A DNA stretch of 64,000 nucleotides from Octopus vulgaris (Eukaryota), in assembly GCA_951406725.2 (NCBI GenBank), contig OX597818.1:101122001-101186000 (forward strand), given 5' to 3'. Shown one piece after another: positions 31,241 to 46,022 of the stretch. The notes under the pieces were generated by a model. That model had not been told where the DNA came from, ran no database searches, and saw only the letters and a list, made by a program, of their open reading frames with translations. The position numbers and the translations under genes were made by a program. Numbering within the stretch: position 1 is the first letter of the stretch; every line of letters begins with the position of its first letter.

Positions 31241-31382
31241 CGCATCCATACAACAGAGTCGCTCTCTCTATATATATGAACATGTGAGTGTGTGAATGTG
31301 TGAGAGTGCGCTTGTGTATTTGTGTGTGAGAATGTGTATACGATGAATGGCATACTACGTTCTAGTTTAATCGAACATATAT

Positions 31383-31447
31383 AGGCGTAGGAGTGGCTGT
31401 GTGGTAAGTAGCTTTCTTACCAACCACATGGTTCTGGGTTCAGTCCG
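31383..31447 (+). mobile_element. SINE family A head fragment
   Basis: GGCGTAGGAGTGGCTGTGTGGTAAG..GGGTTCAGTCC, then an abrupt switch to LINE sequence. Confidence 0.8.
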
Positions 31448-31861
31448 AGAATGTCATGTAGTCTCTCTGATACAGCAGTTGCTAATCAATCGCAAAATCA
31501 AATACATTCACTTAATCCTGAAGAATGAAGGGAACAAAGGCCTACGTCACGACAGCTACCTCCTCTAGAATCATCCTATTCCTGATGACCTCGAATAAAA
31601 CCTCAAATCTACCGGACTATAATACCTCTTAGAAGAACTGGAGGGGAAATGTTAAGCGTATCAAAGAAAAGGACCATGCATAAGTACGTTTGCAGAAAAC
31701 TTGAAAACTACAGTAAAACTAACACAAGCGAAACTCGTGACTGCTACATCTTACTTCAAAAGCAAATGAATTTGCAATATAGCAAGAAATTGGTACGAAT
31801 ATTTAATAGATAAAAAAATATAGTGAATCAGTTGAAGTTCCCTCATGCAAGTGAAAATGTA

Positions 31862-32428
31862 TTGGGTTGTCCGGAAATTCCGTGCCGATTTTTAAAGGAA
31901 AGAAAAAGGTCAATAAACAGTTGCCATTACATTTTTAATCAAACAAATATGAACCATTTTGTTGCACAATGCGTCTCCATCTTTCCTTTAGCTTGAAAAT
32001 ACCCTCTTCCCAGAATTGAGGTGGATTCATGGTAAATCATTCGTCAAGGTATATTTTTACGTCATCCAGGGAATTGAAATTTTTACCATTAAGACTATTC
32101 TGCAGAGACCTGAATAAATGGAAATCCGAAGGAGCAATATCTGGTGAATATGGAGGGTGGGGGTAACACATCCCAGACGAGCTGCAGCAATTTTTGTCTG
32201 TTTCCCAAAGCATCAAGTACCGAAAATGAACTTTCTTATCTTCCATTTTAAAGGGTTACGGAATTAGCACAGGTTATAGGAACATAAACCTTCTTCCACG
32301 AAAAGATAGCTTAAACTGTGCTCTAAATGGAGGTGTAGTCAAATCATATTTTATGGACTCAGCCATGTTCTAAATTAAGTCAATATATATGCTACTGTAA
32401 ATCGGCACGAACTTTCCAGACAACCCAA
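31862..32428 (-). mobile_element. Internally deleted mariner (MITE-like) with TIRs
   Basis: ~30-bp TIRs TTGGGTTGTCCGGAAATTCCGTGCCGATTT / AAATCGGCACGAACTTTCCAGACAACCCAA with TA TSD. ORF joins MEDKKVHFRYLMLW to HPPYSPDIAPSDFHLFRSLQNSL. Confidence 0.92.
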
Positions 32429-33929
32429 TATATTATGTTCTATTTCTGTGAAAGGTATCAGGCATGTGATTAGCACATACCCAAAAATGCCATGAAGTTT
32501 TAACATCCCTATACGAATCGACTCTGTAGCAAAAACAATATACAATACCATTCCTATAAGAGACTATCATGGAATATATACAGGGAATTCTTCTGCTGCT
32601 GAATACCTTCAGAAATATCAATACAATGAATACTGGTGGAATATTTCCATCAGAATATCTGTCGGCTGTAAGCATAACAGGTCAGATATTGTTGTTTCGG
32701 GCAGACAAGAAAATGCCTGTGCCGTAATGGAGGTAATCTCTCCTGCTCATGTGAATATATCATTGAAAATCTAAGGCAAAAATATAATTATAGACAACAG
32801 CTTCGGAAATTCCAGCTTCTGTATCAACTTTTCAAGTTAATATATATGACAATAATAATTTGTGCACTTGGTTTTGTGAGTGAATACTTAATTGTCAGTT
32901 TGGATAATTATGGATATTCAAAAAAAAAAAAGAAATCCAGCAGCTAATTAGCGTATAACGAAGAAAAGCTGCAGTAAAAATATGCAAAACTCTTCCCAAG
33001 TTTAAAATGTGGCTTTGTTTTAGTAATCTGTTTTCAAATGAAGTAGATTTAAATCTTTGTTGGAAATACGATCCCTTCTCCAAAGAAGAATTTAAATAAT
33101 AAAAATCAGTAGGGACCATACATACCTACGAAGTTACTAACTAGATAAGAGACGAATGCATTTAATGATAGTTTTTAAATGTTGCTACCTTATGAATGCA
33201 ATAATATATTTTGGGACTGATTTGAAGCGAAACGTTTAAGCTATTTATACGGAAGCACTGCCAAAAGAATTGTCTAGAGAATGACTGGTCATTAATTATT
33301 CTTTACTATAAGACTGTGCACCTTTCCAATGAGATCCGTTAGTGCAAGGTTTCGTATTTCCTTTTGAACTTGATTATCTTGATTCCGTACATTGCCAGAA
33401 GAATTCTTACTCTGTATATCTAAATGATTAAAACTTGATGCGCAAGTGACTATCCTCTAAACATAAATACTGTCAGCGAAATATTATAGTGCATCTGACA
33501 TTAATAGAACGTGAATATATTGTGTTACTGAATTACAAGAAAACTCATACAGTAACCTCTTCTCAATTACTTGTCTAATATGTATATTAAGTTAGGATAA
33601 TGAATGAAGAAATACAAACACTGAATATTTATCTATTTCTCAAACATAATTGTGTGTAACCAGCTTACGATATTCTTGTGTGAATATTGTATATTTTGGA
33701 AATGGTTTCTCATAACAGTCTTCAGTTTTCCTAAGACTTCAACCCAGTTATTCAAATTTAGAGATGGAACAATGTACTAATGGGAATTACATATGCAACA
33801 GCAGAAAATTTACGTGTATTTTCGTTACGGTAGCTAAAATTAACACACGATTGCATTATGCTCCAGTAAATAACATATACTTGAATATATACGAGCGTGT
33901 ATGTTTGTACATAAGGACACGCACACAGC

Positions 33930-34475
33930 AAGCTATCCATCCCCTATTCCAAATTCCTCCGTCTACACAATCTCTGCAGTGAGAACCATGATGTTGAGAC
34001 TCAGTCTCAACTCATGGCTCGCCACTTCGTCCTATGTGGATTTCCCCTCACCACACTCCACACCGCCCTTGGCAGAGCCAGTTCCATGAACCATGCGTCT
34101 GCTCTCTTCCCCCGCAACCACCCGCCATCACCAGTCTCCCGTTTCCCCTCACCTACCCCGCCATCACACTACCTCTCCATCGCAACATCCTCCGGGACTT
34201 CCGGCGACGCCAGTCCGACCACTCCATTTTGCACATCTTCCCTAACCGGCCCCTCTCCTCCTTTACACGAGACCACAAGCTACGAGACCTCTTGGCCCAC
34301 AGATTCTTTCCTCACCCAACCTCCCAACCCAGCTCGTTCCATTGCTCCTGTCCAAGCTGCCGAACTTGCCCATACCTCTCCAACACAACCCTCCTCACAG
34401 GCAGTCATCATCGAACCTATCATATCACTGACTCCTCCACCTGCACGTTTAGCAACGTCATCTACTACATCATAC
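33930..34475 (+). pseudogene. C-rich PLE fragment (RT thumb, Cys knuckle, start of GIY-YIG)
   Basis: Frameshifted PLTY..LHRNILRDF..IFPNRPLSSFTRDHKLRDLL..CSCPSCRTCPY..ITDSSTCTFSNVIY. Confidence 0.8.
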
Positions 34476-34826
34476 TCAAGTGTTGGTTGTTGCGTGGCCA
34501 TCTCAATTGAGCGTTATATATGGGGTGGGGGGTAAAATGTGGTTTACCCTTAATTTATACGGCAAATAAGAAAATGGAGAGGATACAAAAACGACATTCA
34601 TCAGCCGGTAGACCCTATAGCATGTCTATTTATTGAAAAGTATCAGAAATTATTAGAATACATATACATGTAATAACTATGTGTCACTCACACATGTACT
34701 AATATTACAAAAAAGAGAAAATGATGTAATATCTTTGAATAAATGGATATACTAGAATGTGTACCGGCTGATGTATGTCGTTGTTTATACTCTCCATTTT
34801 TTTACGTCTTATATATATATATACAT

Positions 34827-34891
<65 letters not shown>

Positions 34892-35454
34892 CATATAGGT
34901 GTGTGTGTGTGTCTGTGTATGAATTGATTCTAGGGAGGTAATTCATTTTGTCATCGAGATTTCAATATGGTGGAACATTGGGTTTTCTTTTATTTCCTAA
35001 AGCATAAAAAAAACTTGCAACACTCTGCATGAAATCCCGATACGCTTCCAATTTTAATTCTCTACGCTCATATTGCATCGACATTGCTACAAAATGATAT
35101 CCTAGATATTGGTCCCGTATTCTAATCATAAACATTGAAAATTTTATTCTCATTTCACAAAGCTCACATTTCCAAAATTGCTTACACATCTAAAAATTGA
35201 AAAAGTTCCACTGGAATAATACAATCGTGTATGAATATATCACTTTAACCACGTGAAATATCTAATATAAAATAAACGAAATGTTTCACAAATATTTCCT
35301 AAGTCACCTTCCTTAGTATACTTGAAAAACTGCATTATACATTCCCAAACATTCTTATGTAACCAGCATAATTATGATCTTAAATTGCTTCCATGATACT
35401 TCCATTTCCATTTACTATCTTTCATTCTTTTACCCACTATTGCTCCCGAGGCTA

Positions 35455-35910
35455 CTATTCTTTCCTTTATTATGATTTATTTGCTTCTACCGTTTGACTG
35501 CGGGAATCCTGGGACACTGCCTTAGTTTAGTTGAATAAATTGAACCTGGAACCTAAATACCTAGTAAATAAGTCGGACCTTTTATATATATTGAAGTCTA
35601 CTGGTCTCATTTTTAGAACTGCTAATTTATGTGGGCGTAGTCAGATCAACACATGTCGTGAAGTAGCTGAATGAGCAAGGGAACTACAAGAACCAAACAC
35701 ACATAAACAGACGCACGCAAACACACATACACACATAAATACATGCACGCACACAGAACTGATAGGACCTCATACACATATACGTGTGTACCTGTGTGCG
35801 TGTATATGATGATTAAACACAAGTTTTTTCCTCCAAATTCACTCACAAATTATTGGTCAGCCCGGGTCTTATTAGGAGACATCTATTCACAAATCGAGGT
35901 TCTTAACCAC
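35455..35910 (-). mobile_element. SINE family A, heavily decayed
   Basis: TTTGACTGCGG.., internal (CA)n, AAATTCACTCACAA..TTGGTCAGCCCGGG. Confidence 0.5.
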
Positions 35911-37530
35911 ACGAAATATTTCTTTTTTTAAGAACAAAACATTCTGAATGTCAATGCAAATAGAAATATCAACGCAAATATTTTATAAGTAAAACATCTG
36001 AATAAATTTTATGTATTAGACTTATAAGAATAAACAGAAATATTATGGGCATTTACTTTAGTTCCCACTAATGAAAATTTCTAAATATATTTATAATCTG
36101 AGTTTCATATAAATGTTCACCGGTTATTTATTTCGAATATATTTGCAGCAGCTATAATACCTTATTTTTATTATGATTTTATTTGCAGTTATTTATAGCA
36201 TTGCAAGAACTGAACTCAATAAATGATTTATATATGCTGAAAATATATTATCATGTTATGTAATGGCAAGCATTTTCAAATTTTCCTCATTTTCAAGAAC
36301 ATACCAAGTATTTTCTGATTCTCCTCTGTTTGTTCCAAAGAAATTCACCAATACACGTAACTACAAAACAAAGTCGACTTTTGTATCTCACTCATAAATC
36401 TTTAGTTTATTAGGTATGATTGTTTTCACACATCCAGTTTAGTCGGTGTATAAATAGTATCAATAATTCTACAGCAAAATCACTGAGATTATATTAATTA
36501 TTTTATAAGAAAAAAAAATAATAAGCACCCTATGCAGTATTTTAGATTTAGAACATAATTGCGATATATCATTTGTCCTTATTAGTGATGATTACCTGCG
36601 ACATCTGTTCGCTAGAAATATCTATAAATTCCACAACAAATTCGTAGCAGAAGCAATGCAGAGCAGAAGTTTGTGATTTTGACAATCAATAATAAATGCA
36701 TCTAATAAAATATAAACTTTTGCCACTGTAAGACATGGCTGATATTTACCTAAGGCAAAGATAACAGGATGTAATTATGTGTCCGTTGGTTCCTGACACA
36801 ATGTATAGCAAATTATATTTGGAGTTCAGTGTCTATAACATGGATGTCACTCGTGCACTGTTTACAATATTCTTGTCATAAGCGATAACACAATAACTTC
36901 CGGAAAATCTATTATACATAAACGGAAGAACATTAATTTATGTAACACATTCGGTGAATAATAGCGCACACACGGAATATTCCTTTCTACACGAAGACGC
37001 ACGCCTTTCGCGTTTTCATGGGAAGGTTACATACGGATTGCAAATTATTGTTTAGTTGGGACATGATGATATAAGTTGCATTTATTGAAAAAATATTATT
37101 CTTGTATGGACAGCAAGGATGCTTTTTCTCTAAATATTTTTTCAGTCACACAAAGCCACATTTAATAGCAGATACATTTTCTCTTCTAGTAAATAAAGAT
37201 CGACGATTTTGTATACTTGTATTCACAGAATGCAAATAATAAAGGCATTTCTATTAAATATTTACATTAAACATGCAGGGAAATATACAAATATACCTAT
37301 GTACGATCTATGTAGCATTAACTATAATCATATACATGCTTTCAAACATCTGAACACATATTCACAGAGAAACACAAATTCATCCTTATTTAAGGCTGGT
37401 CTTTACAATTTGTATATTGCGACATATAAGCGAAATAAAACAAGCGAATATTTACGTATGCGCAAATAAATCTCACACTCGCGTGCGTGAATATGTGTGT
37501 GCGTGTATATACATCCGTATATATGCATTC

Positions 37531-37565
<35 letters not shown>

Positions 37566-37595
37566 TAGATAGATAGATAGATAGATATATAGATA

Positions 37596-37626
<31 letters not shown>

Positions 37627-37694
37627 ATAGACACATATGTATATATAAGTACATATATAAGCACACATATACATATATATATATAGATATACGC

Positions 37695-37760
<66 letters not shown>

Positions 37761-38379
37761 ATATTTACATATATATATCTTTGTGTGTGCCTATGCTTGT
37801 TTATGTGGGTGTGTTTGTTTGCAGGAATATCCCTACGTTTGAGCTCATGTAGAGACATGATTATACGTGTGAATTCAAGGACGTTTGTGAGCTCATAATC
37901 CTAGACAAGGATCTGAATGCACGTCGAATAGCAAATTGAAATAAGATAAACGTTAATATTTATGTACGAACTCTTGGGGCACGTTCTCTTAACACTTATC
38001 CCTAAAGCTGTCGAAGTGTAAGTTCCATTCTAAATCCTAGAGAATATATTTCTCATAAATATTATTGGGCAATGCAACACTGGGTAATACATGGTCCACG
38101 TGCAAATTGCTCTGTGACATATTACATGACATGTATTATTTACATTCAATGGTGCTACAAGAAGATTCAATATAATGTAAGAATGCATTCACATTTATGT
38201 ATGTCTTCGTTTATATTCGATTATACACTCACACACACATACACACACGCACACAAACACACACACGCACATATATTTGTTGAGCCATCCCATATATAAT
38301 GCGGTATTTTCAGTTACATGACTTAAAAGTTTGAGGGGACGGGATAAACTACCTGCATCAACTAGCTACAAAAGCCGAT

Positions 38380-39245
38380 AATATTTTAACTCCTGCTCAT
38401 TTTTAGTGCAAAGTTTGAAAAGTGGACTTCGATTTTAGCAGTTAATTTTCCAAACCATAATGGAAGTGATCCAGAAGCACACATAGCATATTTTGCTTTA
38501 GAACGTCAATAAAGGTAACTACACAATGGAAAGTGAGAGTAATATGCAGTATATGGAGATGGGACAATATACTCAAACCAGTGTTAACCGTGGCGCCAGA
38601 AATTCCAAGCCGGAAATGCATCCTTAAAGATGCTGCTCGTCCTGAAAGATCTCTAGAACTCGACGATGACGTCCTGCAAGTTCTGGTAAAAAGTAATCTC
38701 ATCGTAACTGTTCAGGAACTATCACAGAAGCTTGGATTTGGTCATTCAGTCATTCATCGACCTGCATACCGAATAGTGTCTGGTGACAAGAAATGTGTTC
38801 TCAATATAAATGTCAGCGACGAACACAATGGGTAGGTAAAGAAGAAACACCAGCACCCCAGGCTAAAGAAGGTCTTCAGCCACGTAAGGTGTTGTCTGTT
38901 TGGTGGGATATGAAAGGTTTAGACCAATTTGAACTTTTACACCCAAACTAATCGATAACAAAGGAAATCTACTGCGAGCTACATGGGCGGATTATGTCAG
39001 CTGTACAAGATAAAAGACCATCTTAGATTTCAAGACGAAAGGTGGTCTTTCATCGGGATAATGCTCGGTCACATACAGCGCGGTTGATGTTCCAAAGGCT
39101 GGAGCCGTTTGAATGTGAAACGATTCCACATCCAATATAATCGTGACACATTGACCCATGTCATTATCCATTATACCATGGAAAAATATATGAATTCTGT
39201 AGACGAGGTCAGAACAGTGCTATAGGAGTAATTTTCGTCACGGAA
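38380..39245 (+). mobile_element. Decayed mariner transposase
   Basis: LKDAARPERS..DDDVLQ..TVQELSQKLG, IVSGDKKCV, SVWWDMKG, FHRDNARSHTA. Confidence 0.8.
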
Positions 39246-39450
39246 TTATTGCCTGGAATTACCTGGGATCTTAAGTGAAGACTTCTACCTACAAGGAAAA
39301 AATGAGTTTTGGACATTATTCTCCTGCTTCTATTCTAACTACATTTACTCCAAAACTCATTTACACTTTATTCTTCTATCTTATACCTTATAGATTGTGG
39401 ATTTTATTCCCTTTAAGCTCTAAATATTTTCCCTGTCTAAAACATATCTT

Positions 39451-39525
39451 GCCTCTGATGATGGAATATCAGTGCATGGACAGGCTACCTTACAACTTGG
39501 GTTATCCCAGAAAGGGCTGTAAAGA
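39451..39525 (+). ncRNA. Degenerate hammerhead motif
   Basis: gcct-CTGATGA-tggaata...tatccca-GAAA-gggct-GTA-aaga. Stem II pairs 6/7; stems I and III are eroded. Confidence 0.45.
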
Positions 39526-40340
39526 TTCAAATAAACGGTACCATAATTAAATATGCCTTGGTTTTGATTTTTCCTCTAATATAATATAACATAATATAAT
39601 ATCATACAATATTATATTATATTATACACACGCACCTACACACACATACACACACACACACACATACACACACACACAAAGATACTCACATGCATATATC
39701 GCTGAACTCAGGTCCTCTTATTTTGGTCCGGTTTATTCGCCACATAATCCATTTGCATTCCTAAATAACATAAAGTGAGCACCGTGTTTCTTTCAACTTT
39801 CTTTCCTGTACATATCTATGATCTTAGATCTTTATCAAGAACACATTTTATTACTCTTATTGTGACACTCTTCATTGCCCTTCCTATCCATCAATACCCA
39901 GGCATAATTCTCACGCACCACTTACGCTACACAAGAAAACTACATTAAGGGCCAACCTCACCCTTTGGTGAAAAAAAGGATCCAGAATATGTCATATCAA
40001 CAAAATTCCTCCGCACAGTATTGTAATGAATCACAAACAAAGTCCGCTTCATCTTCACAAATCCCGCTTCATCTTTACAAATCTCTACCAACACTATTGC
40101 TCCCAAATTCGGAGATATTCTGAGAGAGTATCGTTCCCCTAGTGAGTATACTTAACATATAATGGAGAAAGTTTGCACATCAGCCGCTACATCAACATAT
40201 ATACATTAGACCAAGACCATATAAAATACAGAGTTTTATGAGGTCATATTGGAGAATTTCGATGCCCTGTGTAATTTCCGTTGCTGTAGATAGAAGTTTA
40301 TGGTGTTCAAAACCGACGAGCTTAGTCTTACGACCTTTTC

Positions 40341-40477
<137 letters not shown>

Positions 40478-41367
40478 TATACATATATATTTATATATAT
40501 ATATATATCTATCTATCTATCTATATATATATATATATATATAGCTATATGTATGTAAGTATATATAAGCACACAAACGCACAAACATATCTTAGGAGGG
40601 TATAAACGCCGCACACACAACTCAGTAAATATGCATATTTAAAGTAATATTGCATATTTAAAGTATGGGGAGTAATTCACATATTTATAACGTTATATAA
40701 ATGGATACAATATAAATACAACACATATATTGGAAATCATATATTTTGTTCAAATACTTATTAATATATCATTTTATATTTACAGAAACATATTTACATA
40801 CATCATTCAATACATTTGAATCGCACATCCGTATCTACCAAAGAAGTTTTATATAGAAAATAATTACTTTAAATATTTATAAGTCCTTACCTATTTATTA
40901 CCACATTGTTGAATAATAGTAATGTGAATATTCAAGGTAAAATAAAAAGGAATATTGCCAGCGGAGAAAAGAAAAATTGTATTAGATAAATGTCACATTC
41001 ACCAGACGGAGATGAAAATATGAATTCGTAATTTTCTGTTATATAACGTCGTTTTTGTCGCACACGTAATATAGCGTATGTATATATTTGCGGAACACTC
41101 GGGATTTTCGTTAAAAAAAGCAAATACATAATATATATGTATGGGTATGTATGAATGTGCGCATGTGTGTGTACGTGTGCATATACATACATATCTATCT
41201 ATCTATCTATCTATCTATGTATGTATTTATATATATATATATATATAACCACACTAGCAACACGCATTAACATACAGCATACATATGAAGAGATAACTTT
41301 CGCCCGCAAATAACAGGATACATAAAACACACACACACATACACACGCATGAATATATATATATATA

Positions 41368-41678
41368 TATCACCATCACCATCACATGACCAACCAGTCC
41401 ATCAGATGTAGTTACACATCGCTGGTCACAATGCGTTCGCATTGTTTCAGCCTTCGAATGACGCCACCCCGCTGGCTAAGCGAGCAGGCCTACAGAAGAA
41501 AGAGTGGGAGAAAGAGTGGTGAAAGAGTACACCAGGGATCACTACCCCCTGCCGGAGCCTCGTGGAGCTCTTAGGTGTTTTCGCTCAATAAACACTCACA
41601 ACGCCCGTCTGGAAATCGAAACCGCGATCTTACGATCGCGAGTCCGCTGCCCTAACCACTAGGCCATTGCGCCTCCAC
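41368..41678 (-). mobile_element. tRNA-derived SINE family C with (TGA/TGG)n tail
   Basis: Minus strand GTGGAGGCGCAATGGCCTAGTGGTTAGGGC..GGTTTCGATTTCC (box A/B). Confidence 0.8.
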
Positions 41679-41792
41679 ATATATATATATATGATATATA
41701 TTTAGCCCGCCATCATAGGGAGAACTTCATAGAAGAAATAATGAAGAGAAATATGCAGTGGCGGCGAATGATAGAAAACATGTACGGTTATA

Positions 41793-42208
41793 GGCGTATG
41801 AGTGGCTGTGTGGTAAGAAGCTTGCTTACCGTCAACATGGTTCAGGGTTCAGTCCCACTCCGTGGCACCTTGGGCAAGTGTCTTCTACTATAACCTCGGG
41901 TCGACCAAATCCTTGTGAGTGGGTTTGGTAGACGGAAACTGAAATAAGCCCGTCGTATATATGTATATATATACATGTGTGTATGTGTTTGTGTGTCTGT
42001 GTTTGTACCCGCCAACATCGCTTGACAACCGATGCTGGTGTGTTTACGTCCCCGTAACTCAGCGGTTCGGCAAAAGAGACCGATAGAATAAGTAAGTACT
42101 AGGCTTACAAAGAAAAAGACCTGGGGTCGATTTGCTCGACCAAAGGTGGTGCTCCATCATGGCCACAGTCGAATGACTGAAACAAGTAAAAGAGTAAAAA
42201 GAGTAAAA
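41793..42208 (+). mobile_element. SINE family A (near-consensus)
   Basis: Complete head, body and (GAGTAAAA)n tail. Confidence 0.9.
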
Positions 42209-42697
42209 GTGTTCTTGGACATGTTTTCCAAGGGAGGTTGAATTGTTGATGGAAGAGCTCCCCTAGTCTACATAAGTGAATATTCGCTTGTTTTATTTCG
42301 CTTATATGTATCGGTGTCTAGAAAGAATATATTGTTGAATTTTTGAATCTTGTAGTTTTTGGTGTGTGTATATATGTAGAAGCGTACATCTAGGAGGTAT
42401 AATATGTAGGTTAGTGTTTGTTAGGTTCTAATGACTGTGTGTGTGTGTGTGTGTGTGTGGTTTATCGTACAGTGTGATAAAGGGAGGTGCTGATGGAAGG
42501 GTGTGCTTTTGTCATCGAAATATAAAAACAAGGCATGTATATCAGGAGTGATTATAGATATGTGCGAAAGGCTATGAGTGTGGTAGTTTTTTTAATGCTA
42601 AAATGTCTATCAATATTAAACATTAGTGTATAATTCTTTCCAGTCTCATTTTCACCACATGCCACCGTATTTCTGTAAGCAGTATAACTTCAAATGC

Positions 42698-43090
42698 AGC
42701 GATCTGGCAGAAACATTAGCACGCCGGGCGAAATGCTTAGCAGTATTTCGTCTGCCGCTACGTTCTGCGTTCAAATTCCGCCGAGGTCGACTTTACCTTT
42801 CATCCTTTCGGGGTCGATTAAATAAGTACCAGCTACGCGCTGGGGTCGATATACTCGACTTAATCCGTTTGTCTGTCCTTGTTTGTCCTCTCTGTGTTTA
42901 GCCTCTTGTGGGTAGTAAAGAAATAGGTATTTCGTCTGTCTTTACGTTCTGAGTTCAAATGCCGTTGAGCTCGACTTAGCCTTTTATTCTTCGGAGTCGA
43001 TAAATTAAATACAAGTTGGGTACTGGAGTCTATGTAATTGACTGGTCCCTTCTCCCTAAATGTTGTGCTTTGTGCCCAGAGTAGAAAAGA
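42698..43090 (+). mobile_element. SINE family B (Nin-domain-like, dimeric)
   Basis: GATCTGGCAGAAACATTAGC head. The GTATTTCGTCTG..GTTCAAAT..GTCGAT module occurs twice (~42743 and ~42927). Confidence 0.85.
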
Positions 43091-43880
43091 AACAGCATAA
43101 TTCCATACGAGGCCTCTAGACAACATATTTTAAAGAAATCCAACGAGAAATTTTCGAATTTTAGAGTCAATAACGCAAAATTATTCACGATAGCATTACT
43201 TATAAGAACTTACAGTTAGCGAGCTCAGTACCTTAAAACTCCAAAGAAGGTAAGGTGGTATTTTCTAATGAAGCTGAAAGATATTTCAAAGAGAATTGTG
43301 CTTTGTATGGAAATTTTTTTAGGCTCATTGACAAATTTGAAATATTTTCGGTGAAAATGATAGCACTAGCGCGAAAATAATTTAAATGCATTATTAATTC
43401 TAAAATTACTCGTATATTATAATTTCATTCGTCTAAGAGTACTTTGGGTTGTTTCTTCAACCCAAGATAATAATAAATTTCTGCACTATTTTTCTTAACA
43501 CTTTTGTACGTCACTGTGATTGATATTAAGATATATTTTCACCGTATTGGTATAATCTAATAGTTCTATGAGCGACCGTTACGAAAACCTGTGAAATATT
43601 GTTAAACTTTATCACAGGATGATCGATCATTTTGCAGTTCATTAGGACAACCTGTTTCTTGGAATATCTAACATGCACTAATATACTCGAGTTATATTAT
43701 TGGAGTTTCAAATATTTCACGAAATGAGTGATCTTTCTTCACGTTCCTTTGATTGTGAAGTGTCTGACTTCCCTGGAATTTTAAAGATACGCGGAGACGA
43801 TGTAACAGACATTATTGTCATAGCAGACAAAGGAATTCAAATTTCTGTGAGTCGTGATATATATGATATATGTATCTATT

Positions 43881-43922
<42 letters not shown>

Positions 43923-45811
43923 CATATACAGTTACACCAGTGAACATTTGAATATATAATATATACAATGCTAAAATCTAGACTCATTTTTATGAATTGT
44001 TTTCATACATTGAAGCATTCTTTAGAAATATGGATAAACATAGAATGTCCAGATGGATAGAAATAAATGATGAAATCTGATAATACCTTAATATCTAAAA
44101 TTCGATCCATGAAGGAAAATGTCATGTCGCATGTAGGAATAATATTATGGCTTATGTAGAAAAAATATAGAGAGATTATATAGTGTAAAGCATACGAATA
44201 CGATAGGGTCATGTTTAATTCAAAGGTGTGTTTCAAAGAAATTAATCGGAACTTTAGAATCGGAAGGAAATAGATAAACAAATGTAAAATAAATAAAGAA
44301 AAAAACATGATAGAAAAATATGAATAAAAAAGTTATATTGAATCACGAGATTCACAATTTATTGGTGAGAAGGGTTCCAGCTACCGAAGTATGAATAGGC
44401 GTCTTTGGAATTAATATACCATACTGCTTTAATTCTTGATAGCATTCAATGGAGAATAATCTTTAAACTGTTTCAAACGCAGCTATCTTGATCACACTGC
44501 ATTATGTATAGATATACATAAGCACTGAATGCATTGAATAGATGTGTGCCTGGCTACATATTCTCTAGTGTAGGAATATATATATATTCAGACGCATTTT
44601 TCTATTTGTATGTTTTCTGATATCATCTTTCTTCTGCCTGCATGCAGATCAAACCTTCATAAATATGTATATAAACTCGTTTGTGATATGTAGGTATACA
44701 AATTCTGTGAAACAAATCCTAGTGTTGATCGAATACATGCATACATGCATTTGTGTTGTTCGCATGCGTATGAATCTATTTACACAAACACACACATACA
44801 TATAATATTTATGCATATATATATATATATATATTTACATGTGGCGTGTTTCTCAGAATGTACGTGTATATATATTCACATATATGATGTTACGTTTAGG
44901 CTCTCGCATACTCACACACACACACACACACTTTCACACGCACACACACGCACACGCGCACACACACATATATAATACTGATGCGTACACACCTTAAGTT
45001 ATATGCGTATATAGCAAGATAGAAAGATAGGGTGATAGTTATAAGTAGTTATGTGTGAAGAAGTGTGAATCTATTTGATAAAAAGAGATTAGAAAATGAA
45101 ACATAGTGCATAAATCGAAATAAAACAAATAAGTATCAGCTGATAGTGAGATAAAAATCATAGCATGCGAAGGGATATATTCAGAAATGACTGGATCTGG
45201 GCATTATTGATTTATTGACGCTGCAGGTCAATAAAATCAGAGAAAGATCGAGGCGAATCAAATAAGTTTAGCGTTGAAGATATCACCATCACAACGTGCT
45301 TTTATGCTACCTGTGGGAGTTATATATCACACCATGACCCTACATTGGCCCGTACTCGCGATTTCTAGTTATTACAAATGGCTGGTAGAGCTGATTGAGC
45401 TATCAATTGAGAAATTATTTAATGCATTCGTGGTTTGAGTCATTATCCGATGCAATCTTTGTGGTTTCCTATAATATCATATATTTATATTTATATTTAT
45501 AGTATACAGCAGGTGTCGATATATTTCAGTGAACTCGAATGTGATAAAAAGGCTAAGAGTTTTTTTATTTTAAAATATACTCGAATAACGTTTGGACAAA
45601 TAAGCACTCATGCATATGTCACATGTACGCTAATATGTATTTGCATGTGTATGTATATATATTTGCTTATATGTATATATATATATCTATGTGTGTGTGT
45701 GTGTGTGTATGTATATATACACACATATTTATACATATATATACATAAACATATATACATATATACATATCTCTCACTTTACCTATTTCTCTTCCTCTCT
45801 CTCTCTCTCTC

Positions 45812-45852
<41 letters not shown>

Positions 45853-45892
45853 TAAATAAATAAATGGAGTTGAACGAACATGTTAACAAAAT

Positions 45893-45987
45893 TCCTTTAC
45901 TCTCGACATATGTTTCGAAGTCAACATGGTTTTATTCCAAAGGAATAAACGGTGCAAGATGCAATCTTCTCATCAGGAAAGAAAGGG
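45893..45987 (-). ncRNA. Type I hammerhead ribozyme (left arm)
   Basis: Mirror copy of 46023-46117. Predicted cleavage after the C complementary to G45905. Confidence 0.82.
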
Positions 45988-46022
45988 AGCCTCGCTCTTT
46001 TGTCTTGTTGTTGAGAGAGGCT

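Larger units (their letters stand above)
28280..32850 (+). mobile_element. Decayed R4/Dong-type (RLE endonuclease) non-LTR retrotransposon, interrupted at ~29830-31447 and 31862-32428
   Basis: RT motifs FWYKKL, TILIPK, SLACQNSVY, GKKGV*GC, KSFDSV, FFLDDLKL, LYLK...GRG. Then C-x2-C knuckle (KCILC..IRHVIS), EYWWN and KHNRSDIVV..VMEVISP (PD..D/E endonuclease). Confidence 0.8.

Noticed and set aside
41590-41678. tRNA gene call for SINE heads (also 52249)
   Set aside because: No full cloverleaf, and the sequence continues into a SINE body and tail.
43700-43851. Possible host exon ending at a GTGAGT donor
   Set aside because: No convincing in-frame acceptor and no recognisable protein similarity.
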